This document shows positions 23,399-34,261 of a stretch of 64,000 nt of DNA, in pieces. The stretch lies in sequence record MK373784.1. One strand, given 5' to 3'. The notes below the pieces were generated by a model, which was not told where the DNA came from, searched no databases, and saw only the letters and a list, made by a program, of their open reading frames with translations. Source of the DNA: Escherichia phage vB_EcoM_MM02. Numbering within the stretch: the stretch's first letter is position 1; the number at the start of each line of letters is the position of its first letter. The position numbers and the translations under genes were made by a program.

Positions 23399-24567
23399 AA
23401 GTATTCCAACGTCCAGGATATCCTAACTTAAGCGTTAAATTATACCAAGATTATTCGGCTTGGCAAGAAAATAGATACGTTGAACTCGCGGCAACAATAA
23501 CAACTTTAACCATGCGAGATTCGTTATATGGAAGAAATGAAGGGATTCTTCAATTTTATGACACTAAAAACATCCACACTAAAATGGATGGTAGACAGAT
23601 AGTCCAAATCTCTGTTTCAAATTCAAACACACCTCTCCAAGTTAGAACTCGAATTTACGGATGCAGACATTATTCTGTGTCTGTGGACTCAAAAGGTGAC
23701 AATATTATTGCAATTGAGCTTGGAACAATACATTCTATAGAGAACCTTAAATTTGGGCGTCCATTCTTCCCGGATGCAGGCGAATCTATACGTGAAATGT
23801 TAGGTGTCATATACAAAGACCGTGCGTTAATTACTCCGCCAATAAACACTATTAATGCTTATGTTCCTGATATCCCTTGGACAAGCACATTTGATGATTA
23901 TTTGGCATATGTCAGAGAATTAGGACTTGCTACAGCGAGTGATAAGTTCGTATTCGTATGGCAAGATATTTTAGGCGTAAACATGATTGACTACGATACT
24001 CTTATTGGTCAGGAAGGCATTAAGATGATTGTAGGTGAGCCAAATACTGTAGGTCAGTATATTCAAGAGCTTGAGTATCCATTAGTATGGGATTTTACCT
24101 GGATGACTAAAGCCAACCAATTTACAAGAGACCCTATTAAAAACGCCACAATATTCGCCCATTCATTTTTAGATACATCTATTCCGGTTATTGTTACAGG
24201 TGATGGTGATAATGCTATTCTTGTGTCAAGATCCGGCGGATATTCCGAAATGACCTATCGTAATGGATTTGAAGAAGCAAGTCGTCTTCAGACAATGGCT
24301 CAATATGACGGATATACTAAATGCACTACTACAGGCAATTTTAACATAACGCCTGCTACTAAAATTATATTTGTTGACCAAAAGAACCAATTCAAATCCG
24401 AATTTTACGTAGATGAAGTTATTCATGAGTTATCAAATAACAACTCACAAACTCATCTGTACATGTTTACCAACTCAATGGTGTTAGAACCTGTTAACCC
24501 AGTTAAGGTTAAAAATGAACTTAAATCTGATTCTACCTCTAAAGAAAATAATTCTACCACAATCTAA
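23395..24567 (+). CDS. 27: baseplate hub protein gp27
   Basis: 390 aa (T4 391). Confidence 0.9.
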   Translation: MKVFQRPGYPNLSVKLYQDYSAWQENRYVELAATITTLTMRDSLYGRNEGILQFYDTKNIHTKMDGRQIVQISVSNSNTPLQVRTRIYGCRHYSVSVDSKGDNIIAIELGTIHSIENLKFGRPFFPDAGESIREMLGVIYKDRALITPPINTINAYVPDIPWTSTFDDYLAYVRELGLATASDKFVFVWQDILGVNMIDYDTLIGQEGIKMIVGEPNTVGQYIQELEYPLVWDFTWMTKANQFTRDPIKNATIFAHSFLDTSIPVIVTGDGDNAILVSRSGGYSEMTYRNGFEEASRLQTMAQYDGYTKCTTTGNFNITPATKIIFVDQKNQFKSEFYVDEVIHELSNNNSQTHLYMFTNSMVLEPVNPVKVKNELKSDSTSKENNSTTI

Positions 24568-25048
24568 TAAAAAGGTAATGATTCCCAAATTAGGGCTCAA
24601 ACATTATAATCTTTTAAAGGACGTTAAAGGCCCTGATGAAAACATGAAAATCTTAGCTGATTCTATTTGTAAAAATATGAGTCCCGCAGATTTTGATTTT
24701 GCATGTCTACACATATTGGAATTTAATAACAAACTTAAGTCTGAAGTTGAAAAAGACGGATTCACTTATAAACTAGATGACGTCTATGTATGCCAACGAA
24801 CAGAATTCCAATTCCAAGGTAATACTTTTTATTTTAGACCCCCAGGCAAATTTGAACAATTCGCTACAATCAGTGAAATGCTATCAAATTGCTTAATAAA
24901 AGTTAATGACGAAGAGAAAGAAATTTCTTTCCTTGAGATGCCTGCTTTTGTAATCAAATGGGCAGAAGACCTTTCGACAACTATTGCTATTCCAGGCCCT
25001 AATGGTCCTATTAAGGGTGTAGCAGAAATTATTGGATTGCTTGAATGA
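24515..25048 (+). CDS. 28: baseplate hub distal subunit gp28
   Basis: 177 aa as in T4. Confidence 0.85.
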   Translation: MNLNLILPLKKIILPQSNKKVMIPKLGLKHYNLLKDVKGPDENMKILADSICKNMSPADFDFACLHILEFNNKLKSEVEKDGFTYKLDDVYVCQRTEFQFQGNTFYFRPPGKFEQFATISEMLSNCLIKVNDEEKEISFLEMPAFVIKWAEDLSTTIAIPGPNGPIKGVAEIIGLLE

Positions 25049-26872
25049 AACCTGAAGAAATGAAATCCATGCGTAGAAATAAGGTCATTGCCGATAATAA
25101 ACCACAAAAAGTAGCTGCAACAGCAGCTACCGATTCATTAGAAGCATTGAATGACATTTCATCAAAACTAGACGATGTCCAAGCCGCGTCTGAACTCACA
25201 TCACAAAGTGTAGAAGATAAAGGCAATGGAATCATTGAATCAATTGGAGACTTAAAGAATTCGACAGATAATACAAGGCAATGGAATCATTGAATCAATT
25301 GGAGACTTAAAGAATTCGACAGATAATACTGCTGAAGGCACAGAGCTTATCGCAGAAGTTATTGAAAAACAAACTGAAGTCACTAAAAGTATAAACGAAG
25401 TTTCTAGTGCAATAAGCTCTAAGTTAGACCGATTAGCTACATTATTAGAGCAAAAATTACAAACATCTACCGCTATTCAAAATACAGGAGGCACCTCTCT
25501 TGAAGTAATTGAGAACGCAATACCTGTTAAAGTGGTTGAGAATGAAACTTCTGATGAGTTGTTTAAAGCATTCCCTACACCTGAAAAGATTGATAATAAG
25601 CCAGACGAAGATTTCTTCCCAGCACCGGTTCAAGAAAGTGCTAATTCTACTTCCGATTCTAAAGGCGGAATTAGCTTTAAATTGAGCGATAAAATTGCAA
25701 TGCTCACCAAAACAGTTCAAACCGGGTTTAATAAATCAATATCAATTTCAGACAGAATTGCTGGAATGCTTTTCAAATACACTATAACGGCTGCTATTGA
25801 AGCAGCAAAAATGGCCGCACTTATTCTTGGTATTGTTATCGGTATTGATTTATTGATAGTCCATTTCAAATATTGGACAGACAAGTTCACTTCTGCCTGG
25901 GATTTATTTGATGAAAACTTTACTAAATTCTCTGACGAAGCTAAAGAGTGGGGTAAATTCTTAAGTGATATATTCACTTCTATTGACTCTATAAAACAAT
26001 TGTGGGAAGCTGGAGACTGGGGTGGTTTAACCGTTGCTATTGTCAAAGGTGTAGGAACAGCATTAATGAATTTAGGTGAACTAATTCAATTAGGAATGGC
26101 TAAACTCTCCGCGTCTATATTGCGTGCTATAGGTTTTGGTGATACCGCTGACGAAATAGAAGGACGTGCTTTGGAAGGATTCCAAGAAACTACTGGGAAC
26201 AAATTAAAGAAAGAAGACCAAGAGAAAGTCGCTAAATATCAAATGAAGCGTGACGATGGGGAATTAGGAACCGTTTCTAAAGGCCTTGATATGTTACAAC
26301 GTGGCAAAACATTCGTTACTAACTGGGTTCGTGGTAATGACAATAAAGAAGAGTTTAGTACAAGCGATGAGCGTGCTGCGGAATCAGCAAAATTAAAAGA
26401 GTTACCTGAAGAGGAGCGTAAAGAGGCGTATATAAAAGCTAATGAAACTCGTGCGGCACTGGTTAGATTTGAGGATTATATCGATAAAATCGATATGACT
26501 AATCCAGAAAATGCTAAAAACGTCGAGAAGTCTTATGCTGATTTAAGTAAACTTATTAAAGACCCTGAACTTAATAAAACTCCTGTTGTTAAAAAGGAAT
26601 TAGATGCTAGATTTGAAAAGCTAAATAATAAAATGGCTGAAGCCAAAAAGGCTCAGACCACAGTTAAGCCTGAATCTTCGTCTAAATCTCCGGAAGCAAA
26701 ACAAGTTCAGTCAATAGAGAAAGGACGTGCTTCTGAATCTAAACAACAGCAACCGGTAGCGGCGATTAGTAACACAAATAATGTCGTCAAAAAGAATACC
26801 GTAGTCCAGAATATGACCCCTGTAACAAGTACAACGGCTCCTGGAATTTTCCATGCCACCGGTGTTAATTAA
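25045..26872 (+). CDS. 29: baseplate hub / tail length determinator gp29, reading frame interrupted by a 55-bp tandem duplication (frameshift at 25275, premature TGA at 25291-25293)
   Basis: N-terminal 82-aa ORF (frame 1) and 446-aa ORF (frame 2) are joined in one frame if one 55-bp repeat copy is removed, giving 590 aa, the T4 gp29 length. Confidence 0.8.
25220..25329 (+). repeat. perfect tandem direct duplication, 2 x 55 bp, inside gene 29
   Basis: 25220-25274 and 25275-25329 are identical (aaggcaatggaatcattgaatcaattggagacttaaagaattcgacagataatac). Confidence 0.95.
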
Positions 26873-26880
26873 GGATTATT

Positions 26881-27990
26881 ATGATTAGTGTAAAAGAAAT
26901 AGTAGTAGATGCAAAGGATTTAAATAAAGCAATCCCAGTCACAGAAAGTGCTGGGCAAAGCACTAAAACCGAAACAACTACTAAAACTTATGTTGCTCAA
27001 TTTCCTACAGGAAGAGCAGCCGGAAATGACTCCACAGGAGACTTCCAGGTAACAGACCTTTATAAGAATGGATTATTATTTACCGCGTACAATATGTCTG
27101 CACGCGATTCAGGATCCCTCAGGAATTTACGTCCGGCATACGCCGGGACTTCATCTAACGGTATCATATCAGATTTAACTGATAATGTGAAAGATGCAGT
27201 GACTAAATTCTCTAATGGGTTGCTTCCTGCTGGAGCTAATAAATCAACCATAAATAAAACTCCTGTTGCTAATATACTTTTGCCACGTTCCAAATCTGAC
27301 GTTGATACAACTTCACATCGTTTTAATGATATCGGTGATAGTCTTATTACTAAAGGTGGAGGTACTGCTACGGGTGTTTTAAGTAACATTGCTTCTACTG
27401 CAGTCTTTGGTGCATTAGATTCTATTACCCAAGGGCTTATGGCCGATAATAACGAACAGATTTATACGACTTCTCGTAGTATGTATGGCGGTGCTGAGAA
27501 CCGTACTAAAGTCTTTACATGGGATTTAACTCCGCGTTCAACTGAAGACCTTATGGCTATTATAAACATTTACCAGTATTTTAACTATTTCTCATATGGT
27601 GAGACCGGTAAATCACAGTACGCCCAAGAGATTAAAAGTTATTTAGACGAATGGTACCGTTCAACGTTTATTGAGCCTATGACGCCAGATGATGCAGTAA
27701 AAAATAAGACATTGTTTGAAAAGATTACTGCGTCATTAACAAATGTATTAGTTGTAAGCAACCCTACAATTTGGATGGTTAAAAACTTTGGTTATACGTC
27801 TAAATTTGATGGATTAACTGACGTATTTGGTCCATGTCAAATTCAAAGCGTACGTTTTGATAAAACTCCAAATGGACAATTTAATGGTCTCGCTGTTGCT
27901 CCTAACTTACCATCAACATTTACGTTAGAGATAACAATGCGAGAAATTATTACATTAAACCGTTCTTCACTTTATGCGGGGACTTTCTAA
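26881..27990 (+). CDS. 48: baseplate tail tube cap gp48
   Basis: 369 aa (T4 364); synteny. Confidence 0.88.
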   Translation: MISVKEIVVDAKDLNKAIPVTESAGQSTKTETTTKTYVAQFPTGRAAGNDSTGDFQVTDLYKNGLLFTAYNMSARDSGSLRNLRPAYAGTSSNGIISDLTDNVKDAVTKFSNGLLPAGANKSTINKTPVANILLPRSKSDVDTTSHRFNDIGDSLITKGGGTATGVLSNIASTAVFGALDSITQGLMADNNEQIYTTSRSMYGGAENRTKVFTWDLTPRSTEDLMAIINIYQYFNYFSYGETGKSQYAQEIKSYLDEWYRSTFIEPMTPDDAVKNKTLFEKITASLTNVLVVSNPTIWMVKNFGYTSKFDGLTDVFGPCQIQSVRFDKTPNGQFNGLAVAPNLPSTFTLEITMREIITLNRSSLYAGTF

Positions 27991-28952
27991 TGTACTCTTT
28001 AGAAGAATTTAATAACCAAGCTATAAATGCAGATTTCCAACGAAACAATATGTTTAGTTGTGTATTTGCTACTACACCGTCGACCAAATCGTCTTCACTA
28101 ATTTCGTCAATTGGTAGTTTTGCTTATAATAACTTAGGGTTGGATTCAGATTGGCTAGGATTGTCTCAAGGTGATATCAATCAGGGCGTAACAACCCTGA
28201 TTACAGCAGGAACACAGAAATTAATTCGAAAATCAGGTATAAGTAAATACCTGATTGGAGCAATGAGTCAACGTACGGTACAAAGCTTGTTAGGTGAGTT
28301 CACAGTAGGAGCTTATCTGATAGACTTCTTCAATATGGCATATAATAATACAGGTTTAATGATTTATTCTGTAAAAATGCCTGAGAACCGATTATCTTAT
28401 GAAACGGATTTCAACTATAACTCACCGAACATCCGAATTACCGGCCGTGAAATGGACCCGTTAGTAATAAGCTTTAGAATGGATTCTGAAGCATCTAACT
28501 TTAGAGCAATGCAAGACTGGGTAAACTCGGTCCAAGACCCTGTAACAGGTCTTCGCGCTTTACCACAAGACGTCGAAGCAGATATTCAGGTTAATTTACA
28601 CGCACGAAATGGTTTACCACATACCGCTGTCATGTTCACCGGATGTATTCCTGTTAGTGTCTCTTCTCCTGAGTTAACGTATGATGGTGATAATCAGATA
28701 ACAGTTTTTGATGTAACATTTGCTTATCGCGTTATGCAATCAGGTGCTGTAAATAGACAGGCTGCTTTAGAATGGCTGGAATCAGGACTTATTAGTAGTG
28801 TTTCAGGAATGTTTGGAAATAATCAGAATGATTCTGGACTAGGAAGTGCAGTATCAAGACTTTCTAGATTAGGTGGGACTGCTGGTGGTGTGTCTAATAT
28901 AAACACATTGACAGGTGTGGTGAATTCTGCGTCAAGAGTTTTAGGACTATAA
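27990..28952 (+). CDS. 54: baseplate tail tube initiator gp54
   Basis: 320 aa as in T4; terminator hairpin downstream. Confidence 0.88.
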   Translation: MYSLEEFNNQAINADFQRNNMFSCVFATTPSTKSSSLISSIGSFAYNNLGLDSDWLGLSQGDINQGVTTLITAGTQKLIRKSGISKYLIGAMSQRTVQSLLGEFTVGAYLIDFFNMAYNNTGLMIYSVKMPENRLSYETDFNYNSPNIRITGREMDPLVISFRMDSEASNFRAMQDWVNSVQDPVTGLRALPQDVEADIQVNLHARNGLPHTAVMFTGCIPVSVSSPELTYDGDNQITVFDVTFAYRVMQSGAVNRQAALEWLESGLISSVSGMFGNNQNDSGLGSAVSRLSRLGGTAGGVSNINTLTGVVNSASRVLGL

Positions 28953-28959
28953 GAAAAAG

Positions 28960-28976
28960 GGAGACGTTGTCTCCCT
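28960..28976. terminator. terminator between convergent gene 54 and the minus-strand early gene
   Basis: gggagacgttgtctccc followed by ttt. Confidence 0.65.
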
Positions 28977-28984
28977 TTAGGGGT

Positions 28985-29278
28985 TTATTTACGGAATGAA
29001 AGGAATGCTGGTGCTCGGAACGGAGTATCATCTTTAGAGTATTTAACTAATACGACCATTGGTACCTCTGTTTCTAAATGACCTGTCACTACACCGATAA
29101 AAATTTGATCAGTGTGCTCAGGGTCACGAAAGTTTTTAAGAGGTTCCATAGCAATATGGAATGCACCTGGGAATACTCGATTCAATTCGTCAATCACAGC
29201 TTCGTTAAAAACATCATCCGCTGGGATAGCATCTTCAACTACTAGTTCTTGACCATTAAAGCGAAGCATAGATTTCAT
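28985..29278 (-). CDS. hypothetical early protein downstream of alt
   Basis: First ATG at 29278 (track start 29350 is TTG and lies upstream of the promoter); GAGGAAA ribosome-binding site; early promoter at 29308-29337. Confidence 0.6.
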   Translation of the reverse strand: MKSMLRFNGQELVVEDAIPADDVFNEAVIDELNRVFPGAFHIAMEPLKNFRDPEHTDQIFIGVVTGHLETEVPMVVLVKYSKDDTPFRAPAFLSFRK

Positions 29279-29307
29279 AACGTTTTCCTCATGTTGTTGA
29301 TGGGATG

Positions 29308-29337
29308 ATAGTATCACACATCCATGTGTTTGTAAAC
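29308..29337 (-). promoter_or_regulatory. early promoter for the 28985-29278 gene
   Basis: minus-strand GTTTACAAACACATGGATGTGTGATACTAT, then leader CAACAACATGAGGAAA. Confidence 0.6.
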
Positions 29338-31424
29338 TATCCTTGGACAAATTTAAACGGAACTGATTCTAAATCCATTAAAGATGCTAACAATTTCAAA
29401 CCTTTAGGTGCACTAGTTTTTTCTACAAATGAGGCAAAAGATACCGGCTCATCCGATTCGATTTCACCCGTCATAGCAACCACCTCGCCTGTTTCCATGA
29501 GAACATCACCATCATAAATGACGGCTTCATCCAACTGGTCTGAGGACATGACTTCAGCTTGAATAAATTTAAGGTTGGATTCTAAACCTGCACCGGTGTC
29601 AGATGACGCATCTGTAATTTTATTTATCTGCAAGAGAATGCCTCTAGGCAAAATAATTTCTTGCTCATTAGGGTGATTACTCAACTGTCCTGGATAAATC
29701 ACGTTAACTTTATGGGCGCCATCGATAGCCCATCCAACGTTAACACGGATTTGTTCTGGTGCATGCATAGCTGTTCTTACTTGACTAGGAGAAATAGTAA
29801 CACCTTCGTCATTATTGTCAATGTTAAGCTCTTTGCGAACTTCTTCAGGAGCAAGTCCAAGGGCAACGTTCTCTTTAAACCCACCGAAAATAATAGGAGC
29901 TAGTGAAGTGGAAACATAGTTTCTGAAGTAGAATACCTTATTTTTAACCATTGCTTCGTAAATAGGCATTCTGATAGACTGAGCTCTATATAACGTTAGT
30001 CCTTCAGGTAAACGGTCTCCATTTAAAAACGCCGAATCAAGACCATCAATAGCGCGTTTAACTTCATCTTCATCCGCAACATCGTAAAAATCTGGTTTAT
30101 AACGACCTAACAACATATTATTGATATCTGTATATGCAGAAGAGGCATATTCACGAATAGCTCGTTTTTCAGCAACAGAGTATTGTTTAGGGTCCCGATT
30201 CATTGTTATATTAAAGGTGCCTCTAGCCGATTCTCGGGCATAAGTATACATCACATTAGACAAGAACGCTGATTTACTTTGTTTCCAAGTTCTTTCAGAT
30301 ACTTCAGCTAAAACGTCGTCAGGCAGTTGGAAATTATCACGTCTAAAATCTTCAAACCATTCGTCTTTAATAGAGTCTGCAATTTCATTTGCAGTTTCAA
30401 CAAAAGCAGCTAATGCTTTAACAGATGTTGTTTTTTCAGTTTTAATTTTCTTAGCAAACTTTTCTAAAGTCGGCTTAATAACACTACCATAAGAAACTTC
30501 ATCGGCAAATTTAAAGGATTCATCAATACGATTATAAATCTTATTTTCGATATCAGCAACTAAAGTGCCTTTTGCTGTGGATGATGCTTGGGCTAGTACG
30601 ATTTCATATGCTTCAGGAAGTAATTCGGCTGTAGCTGGGCCGCTAACTTCTTTAGCAGAATTTTCGTATTTCTGGAATAACTCACCTTCTTGTCGGTCAG
30701 CTTCTAAAGATTGACTTGCTGCAATAGCACGACGAGAAATTTTGGTGCGAGCAATAACAGGCTTATCTTTACGTTTTTCTTCTACCGCGGCAATAGAACC
30801 AGCGATAGCAGTTTCTTTGGTAACCGTTTCGCCAGTCTTTTTACTCACATAAACTTCGCCAACATCAGAATCTACTTTCGTGTACAACTCTGTGTTAATG
30901 TTAGGGATGCCTTTAATATCTTCAATGTTGGCATTTTTACGAACCATCATCACATAGGTGTGTTTACCTGTGAATTGATACATTGCCGACAATACTTTAA
31001 AACGACCACCGGTTTTAGTAGAAACTAAACGAGCAAGAAGAGTTTGAAGCTGTTGTCCACGTCCTTTCAATTTCTTGGTAGGGAATCGGAACAGAACTGC
31101 ATCCATACGAAGAGCTTTAACTTGTTCATATACTGTATTGAAAATGGTGTTGATTGCATCAATAGGAGCAGGACCAAGGCCATTTTTCAATTCAGCGAGA
31201 TTACCCTTTTCAGACAGACTCATAATAACAACATGAGCGTATTTGTCGCCAAGTTTAACTTGTTTTACAGCGTCGCCTTCGGAAAGGTAAGAGAATAAAC
31301 GAACTACAATATTTGTATCGATATCACCAATTTTCCAGACTTGTGGAACTTTAGCTTTAGGGTTCAAATTGACGACAGGAAGACTGCCTTCAGATTCAAA
31401 CACTTCATTTAATTGTTCAGACAT
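29337..31424 (-). CDS. alt: Alt ADP-ribosyltransferase (packaged, modifies host RNA polymerase)
   Basis: 695 aa (T4 Alt 682); position between 54 and 30. Confidence 0.85.
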   Translation of the reverse strand: MSEQLNEVFESEGSLPVVNLNPKAKVPQVWKIGDIDTNIVVRLFSYLSEGDAVKQVKLGDKYAHVVIMSLSEKGNLAELKNGLGPAPIDAINTIFNTVYEQVKALRMDAVLFRFPTKKLKGRGQQLQTLLARLVSTKTGGRFKVLSAMYQFTGKHTYVMMVRKNANIEDIKGIPNINTELYTKVDSDVGEVYVSKKTGETVTKETAIAGSIAAVEEKRKDKPVIARTKISRRAIAASQSLEADRQEGELFQKYENSAKEVSGPATAELLPEAYEIVLAQASSTAKGTLVADIENKIYNRIDESFKFADEVSYGSVIKPTLEKFAKKIKTEKTTSVKALAAFVETANEIADSIKDEWFEDFRRDNFQLPDDVLAEVSERTWKQSKSAFLSNVMYTYARESARGTFNITMNRDPKQYSVAEKRAIREYASSAYTDINNMLLGRYKPDFYDVADEDEVKRAIDGLDSAFLNGDRLPEGLTLYRAQSIRMPIYEAMVKNKVFYFRNYVSTSLAPIIFGGFKENVALGLAPEEVRKELNIDNNDEGVTISPSQVRTAMHAPEQIRVNVGWAIDGAHKVNVIYPGQLSNHPNEQEIILPRGILLQINKITDASSDTGAGLESNLKFIQAEVMSSDQLDEAVIYDGDVLMETGEVVAMTGEIESDEPVSFASFVEKTSAPKGLKLLASLMDLESVPFKFVQG

Positions 31425-31464
31425 AGTGTTTTCCTTTTAGTAATAATTTATATTTATGCCAAAA

Positions 31465-31480
31465 AGAGCCCGAAGGCTCT
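31465..31480 (-). terminator. hairpin after the 31480-31668 gene, upstream of alt
   Basis: agagcc-cgaa-ggctct, T-run on minus strand. Confidence 0.55.
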
Positions 31481-31668
31481 TAATCCACAATCGGAAGCAA
31501 AGTACGATAAACTTCAAAATTATAGCCTTTTTCGTACTTATCGAAATTGTCCATAAAAATATGATAGGAATCGTTATTAGGAAAATCTAATATAATCTGA
31601 GAGCAAGAGGTGGAAACATCTCCACCATCCTTCTTAGCTACAATAACTGTTTCTAAATAAGCTTTCAT
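31480..31668 (-). CDS. hypothetical small protein between ligase and alt
   Basis: 62-aa ORF from ATG at 31668 whose start overlaps ligase stop (TAATG); terminator directly after its stop. Confidence 0.5.
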   Translation of the reverse strand: MKAYLETVIVAKKDGGDVSTSCSQIILDFPNNDSYHIFMDNFDKYEKGYNFEVYRTLLPIVD

Positions 31669-33161
31669 TATAAACCTGTCTGGGACCACGGTCCAAATAC
31701 GTCTTCAAACGAATCCGCTTCTGTTTTATCAAAACGGAACCCTTTAATAATTGGGAGGAAAATACCTACAGTACCTTCACGGCCTTTAGAATGAACCCAA
31801 CCATTACATTCACAATCAGCGATACGTCCAATTAATTTACCTTCACGAGCTTCGGTCATTAATCGTTCACGGTCTAAATCATGACGCTCGTCTAAAGGAA
31901 TAAGAACCTTTACACCGTCAACTGTTTTATGAGTTGTATCTTTAAAACCTGAACCGCAATCGGTTGTAATACGACGACAACGTGATACGAGTTCGACACC
32001 ACCTAATTTGTTAGGGTCTTTAGAGTGTTCATAGTATCCTACAACTTCTAAAGCGATATCAATAACTTCTTTAAATTTAATTAGGTTCTTAGAACGTTTG
32101 TTTTCCCAATATGAATCACGGTTTTTAAGGATAATACCTTCAAGACCTTGGTCAACATATTTTTTATAAACCACTTTAGCTTCGTCAAGATTACGAACTA
32201 ACTGATTTTCAATTGGCTCAATTCGTTTAAAGCCTTCGGCCATATTTTCAAGAGCAGCAAAACGAACATCGTATTTCTGACCTTTAATTTTGCCATCAGA
32301 ATAGACTTCATCTAAAGGAACATAGTCCCAGGCTTGAAGAACCATACCTTCCGCTTCTTTAGGAGAAATAGTCCCTTGAAGAGATTTATTTGCTAAACCG
32401 TTTGAAGTGCTACGGTCCGCAACTTGTACTTCTTCGGATTCTTCATTATCACCAAATAAGAACGACAGATCATTTCCTGAGCTCACAGCCTTTTTAATAT
32501 CAAATGAATGGTAAACTAATTCACCGTCGATTAAAACCCCATTAGGGTGTCTTTCACGAGCTTCTTTAGTCATTTCCATTAGTTCATCCGCTAATAGGGT
32601 AAGACCATGGTATTCATTACCAGCACGAGAAAAGAATTGAACACCATCATCGCGAACTTCAGCGAAACAACGAGCGCCGTCTGCTTTTAATTGGGCAAAT
32701 GCAGGCCATTTAATATTTTTAGTAATCAATTTCTCATCATATGCAGATGCTAACATCTGTGGCTGCAATTGAATAAGTCCAGGCCACACCTTATTCGCGA
32801 TAGACACTGAAGCACCTACTTCAAGGTCTCGCATCATTACACGACGAAGGACTTCTACATCATCAGGTTTACCGTCAGCGATATAACCCATGAGCTCTTT
32901 AATTGCAGCATTACCAGTGAGTTTACGAGTGGCTAATGTGAACTCAATAAAATCCAACATGTCATCTAATTCAAGAAGACCATATGCTTGAGACCTTTCA
33001 CCTGGTCCTGGCCATTTCTTAATATAATACTGGATACCGCGTGCATATGTTAAACGATACACACGTTCAAGTAATTTGTTGTCCTTATTTTTCTTAAGGA
33101 TTTCTTGTTTTGTTTTAGTAGAACCGATCGCAGCTATTTGGTTTAAAATATCTAAAATCAT
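31668..33161 (-). CDS. 30: ATP-dependent DNA ligase gp30
   Basis: 497 aa; N-terminus MILDILNQIAAIGSTKTKQEILKKNKDN and adenylation motif KADGARCFAEV match T4 DNA ligase. Confidence 0.95.
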   Translation of the reverse strand: MILDILNQIAAIGSTKTKQEILKKNKDNKLLERVYRLTYARGIQYYIKKWPGPGERSQAYGLLELDDMLDFIEFTLATRKLTGNAAIKELMGYIADGKPDDVEVLRRVMMRDLEVGASVSIANKVWPGLIQLQPQMLASAYDEKLITKNIKWPAFAQLKADGARCFAEVRDDGVQFFSRAGNEYHGLTLLADELMEMTKEARERHPNGVLIDGELVYHSFDIKKAVSSGNDLSFLFGDNEESEEVQVADRSTSNGLANKSLQGTISPKEAEGMVLQAWDYVPLDEVYSDGKIKGQKYDVRFAALENMAEGFKRIEPIENQLVRNLDEAKVVYKKYVDQGLEGIILKNRDSYWENKRSKNLIKFKEVIDIALEVVGYYEHSKDPNKLGGVELVSRCRRITTDCGSGFKDTTHKTVDGVKVLIPLDERHDLDRERLMTEAREGKLIGRIADCECNGWVHSKGREGTVGIFLPIIKGFRFDKTEADSFEDVFGPWSQTGL

Positions 33162-33427
33162 TTGATGTCCTCGATTTTGGTTACGGTTCTATTATAAGCC
33201 ACTTCATCTAGAAGCGATTTCAACGTTTTCTGATAAGTGGTAATCCATTTACCGAGCCCTTCAACATAGTATTCTGAAATGTAGATGAACCCTTGTTCAA
33301 CACACTCTTTAAATATTTCTGCGTCTTTTACTGAACGAAATAAGGGCCAGTCTCGAAAGAACATGTTAACGTGACCGTAGTCACGCGTTGTGTTTTTGCC
33401 ATCTGTAATATCATGAACTACAAACAT
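33158..33427 (-). CDS. hypothetical protein
   Basis: 89-aa ORF, ATG start, stop overlaps ligase start. Confidence 0.55.
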   Translation of the reverse strand: MFVVHDITDGKNTTRDYGHVNMFFRDWPLFRSVKDAEIFKECVEQGFIYISEYYVEGLGKWITTYQKTLKSLLDEVAYNRTVTKIEDIK

Positions 33428-33436
33428 AATTGACCC

Positions 33437-34261
33437 TTAACAATTTATAGACCAAGTCCATTTAGACGAATCTAAAGGAAAGTTTTGAATCGTCCACCAC
33501 GGCTGCATATCAGTTGGTCCTGGGGTTCGCCAGGTATATGGAGTACGTGTTGTCGAGGGGCCACCAATTTGATTAGGCCATGCACCTGGACTTGTTGCAC
33601 CAGATTCTTTAAGCAAATCCGCCAATCGTTTTAAAAGGTCTTCATGATCTGAATCTGAATTATTCTTAGGCAGAACCAAACGAGATTCAATATCATCCCA
33701 TGTGTGTACACGTTGTGCAGTGCGAGGAATATCATCACGTTCACCACGAGCCAACCAATAAATCGGTACATTAAGAATTTCTGCCGCATGGTCACAATGA
33801 TGAGCTAAATCGTCAACGTAACAAATTACGTTATATTTTGTTTTAGCTAGTTCGAATAATTGTTCCTTTGAAGAATCATGACCACACATCATTACTTCAG
33901 AGAAAGCGCCTGGGAACAAAGCATTCAAATTAAATTGTCTATTCAATCGAGCATCAATTGAATCACCTAGCGCCGTCACGGCTACAAAATTATAGTCTTC
34001 TTTTAGTTTATTGATAACTCGAAGAGCATCAGAATAAGGCGCTAAGTAACGAATAAAATCAGAGCTATTATATTTTTCTATTAATTGTTTACCAAGGTTA
34101 TCGTCGGTATTGAACAGTTTACCAGGAGAAATAAATTTTTCGTCCTGAATCATTTTTAAAATATGTTCTAATGGAAGGTTATATTTTTGGGCAAAATAAG
34201 GAAGTCCAGATTGCCAGCTTAAACATACACCATCAATATCAGTCAAAATAGTAGGCTTCAT
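33437..34261 (-). CDS. HAD-superfamily hydrolase, NT5C-like putative (deoxy)nucleotidase, with Trp/Pro-rich C-terminal tail
   Basis: 274 aa; HAD motif I DIDGV near N-terminus, motif IV-like YVDDLAHH; unusual C-terminus AWPNQIGGPSTTRTPYTWRTPGPTDMQPWWTIQNF. Confidence 0.6.
   Translation of the reverse strand: MKPTILTDIDGVCLSWQSGLPYFAQKYNLPLEHILKMIQDEKFISPGKLFNTDDNLGKQLIEKYNSSDFIRYLAPYSDALRVINKLKEDYNFVAVTALGDSIDARLNRQFNLNALFPGAFSEVMMCGHDSSKEQLFELAKTKYNVICYVDDLAHHCDHAAEILNVPIYWLARGERDDIPRTAQRVHTWDDIESRLVLPKNNSDSDHEDLLKRLADLLKESGATSPGAWPNQIGGPSTTRTPYTWRTPGPTDMQPWWTIQNFPLDSSKWTWSINC

Noticed and set aside
25532-26872. 446-aa ORF listed as an independent gene
   Set aside because: It is the downstream part of gene 29, separated from the N-terminal 82-aa ORF only by the 55-bp duplication frameshift; the frame is open upstream of the listed Met.
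31441-31460. Possible late promoter for alt (ATAAATATAAATT on minus strand)
   Set aside because: One mismatch from TATAAATA in either register; plausible because Alt is a packaged protein, but not an exact match.
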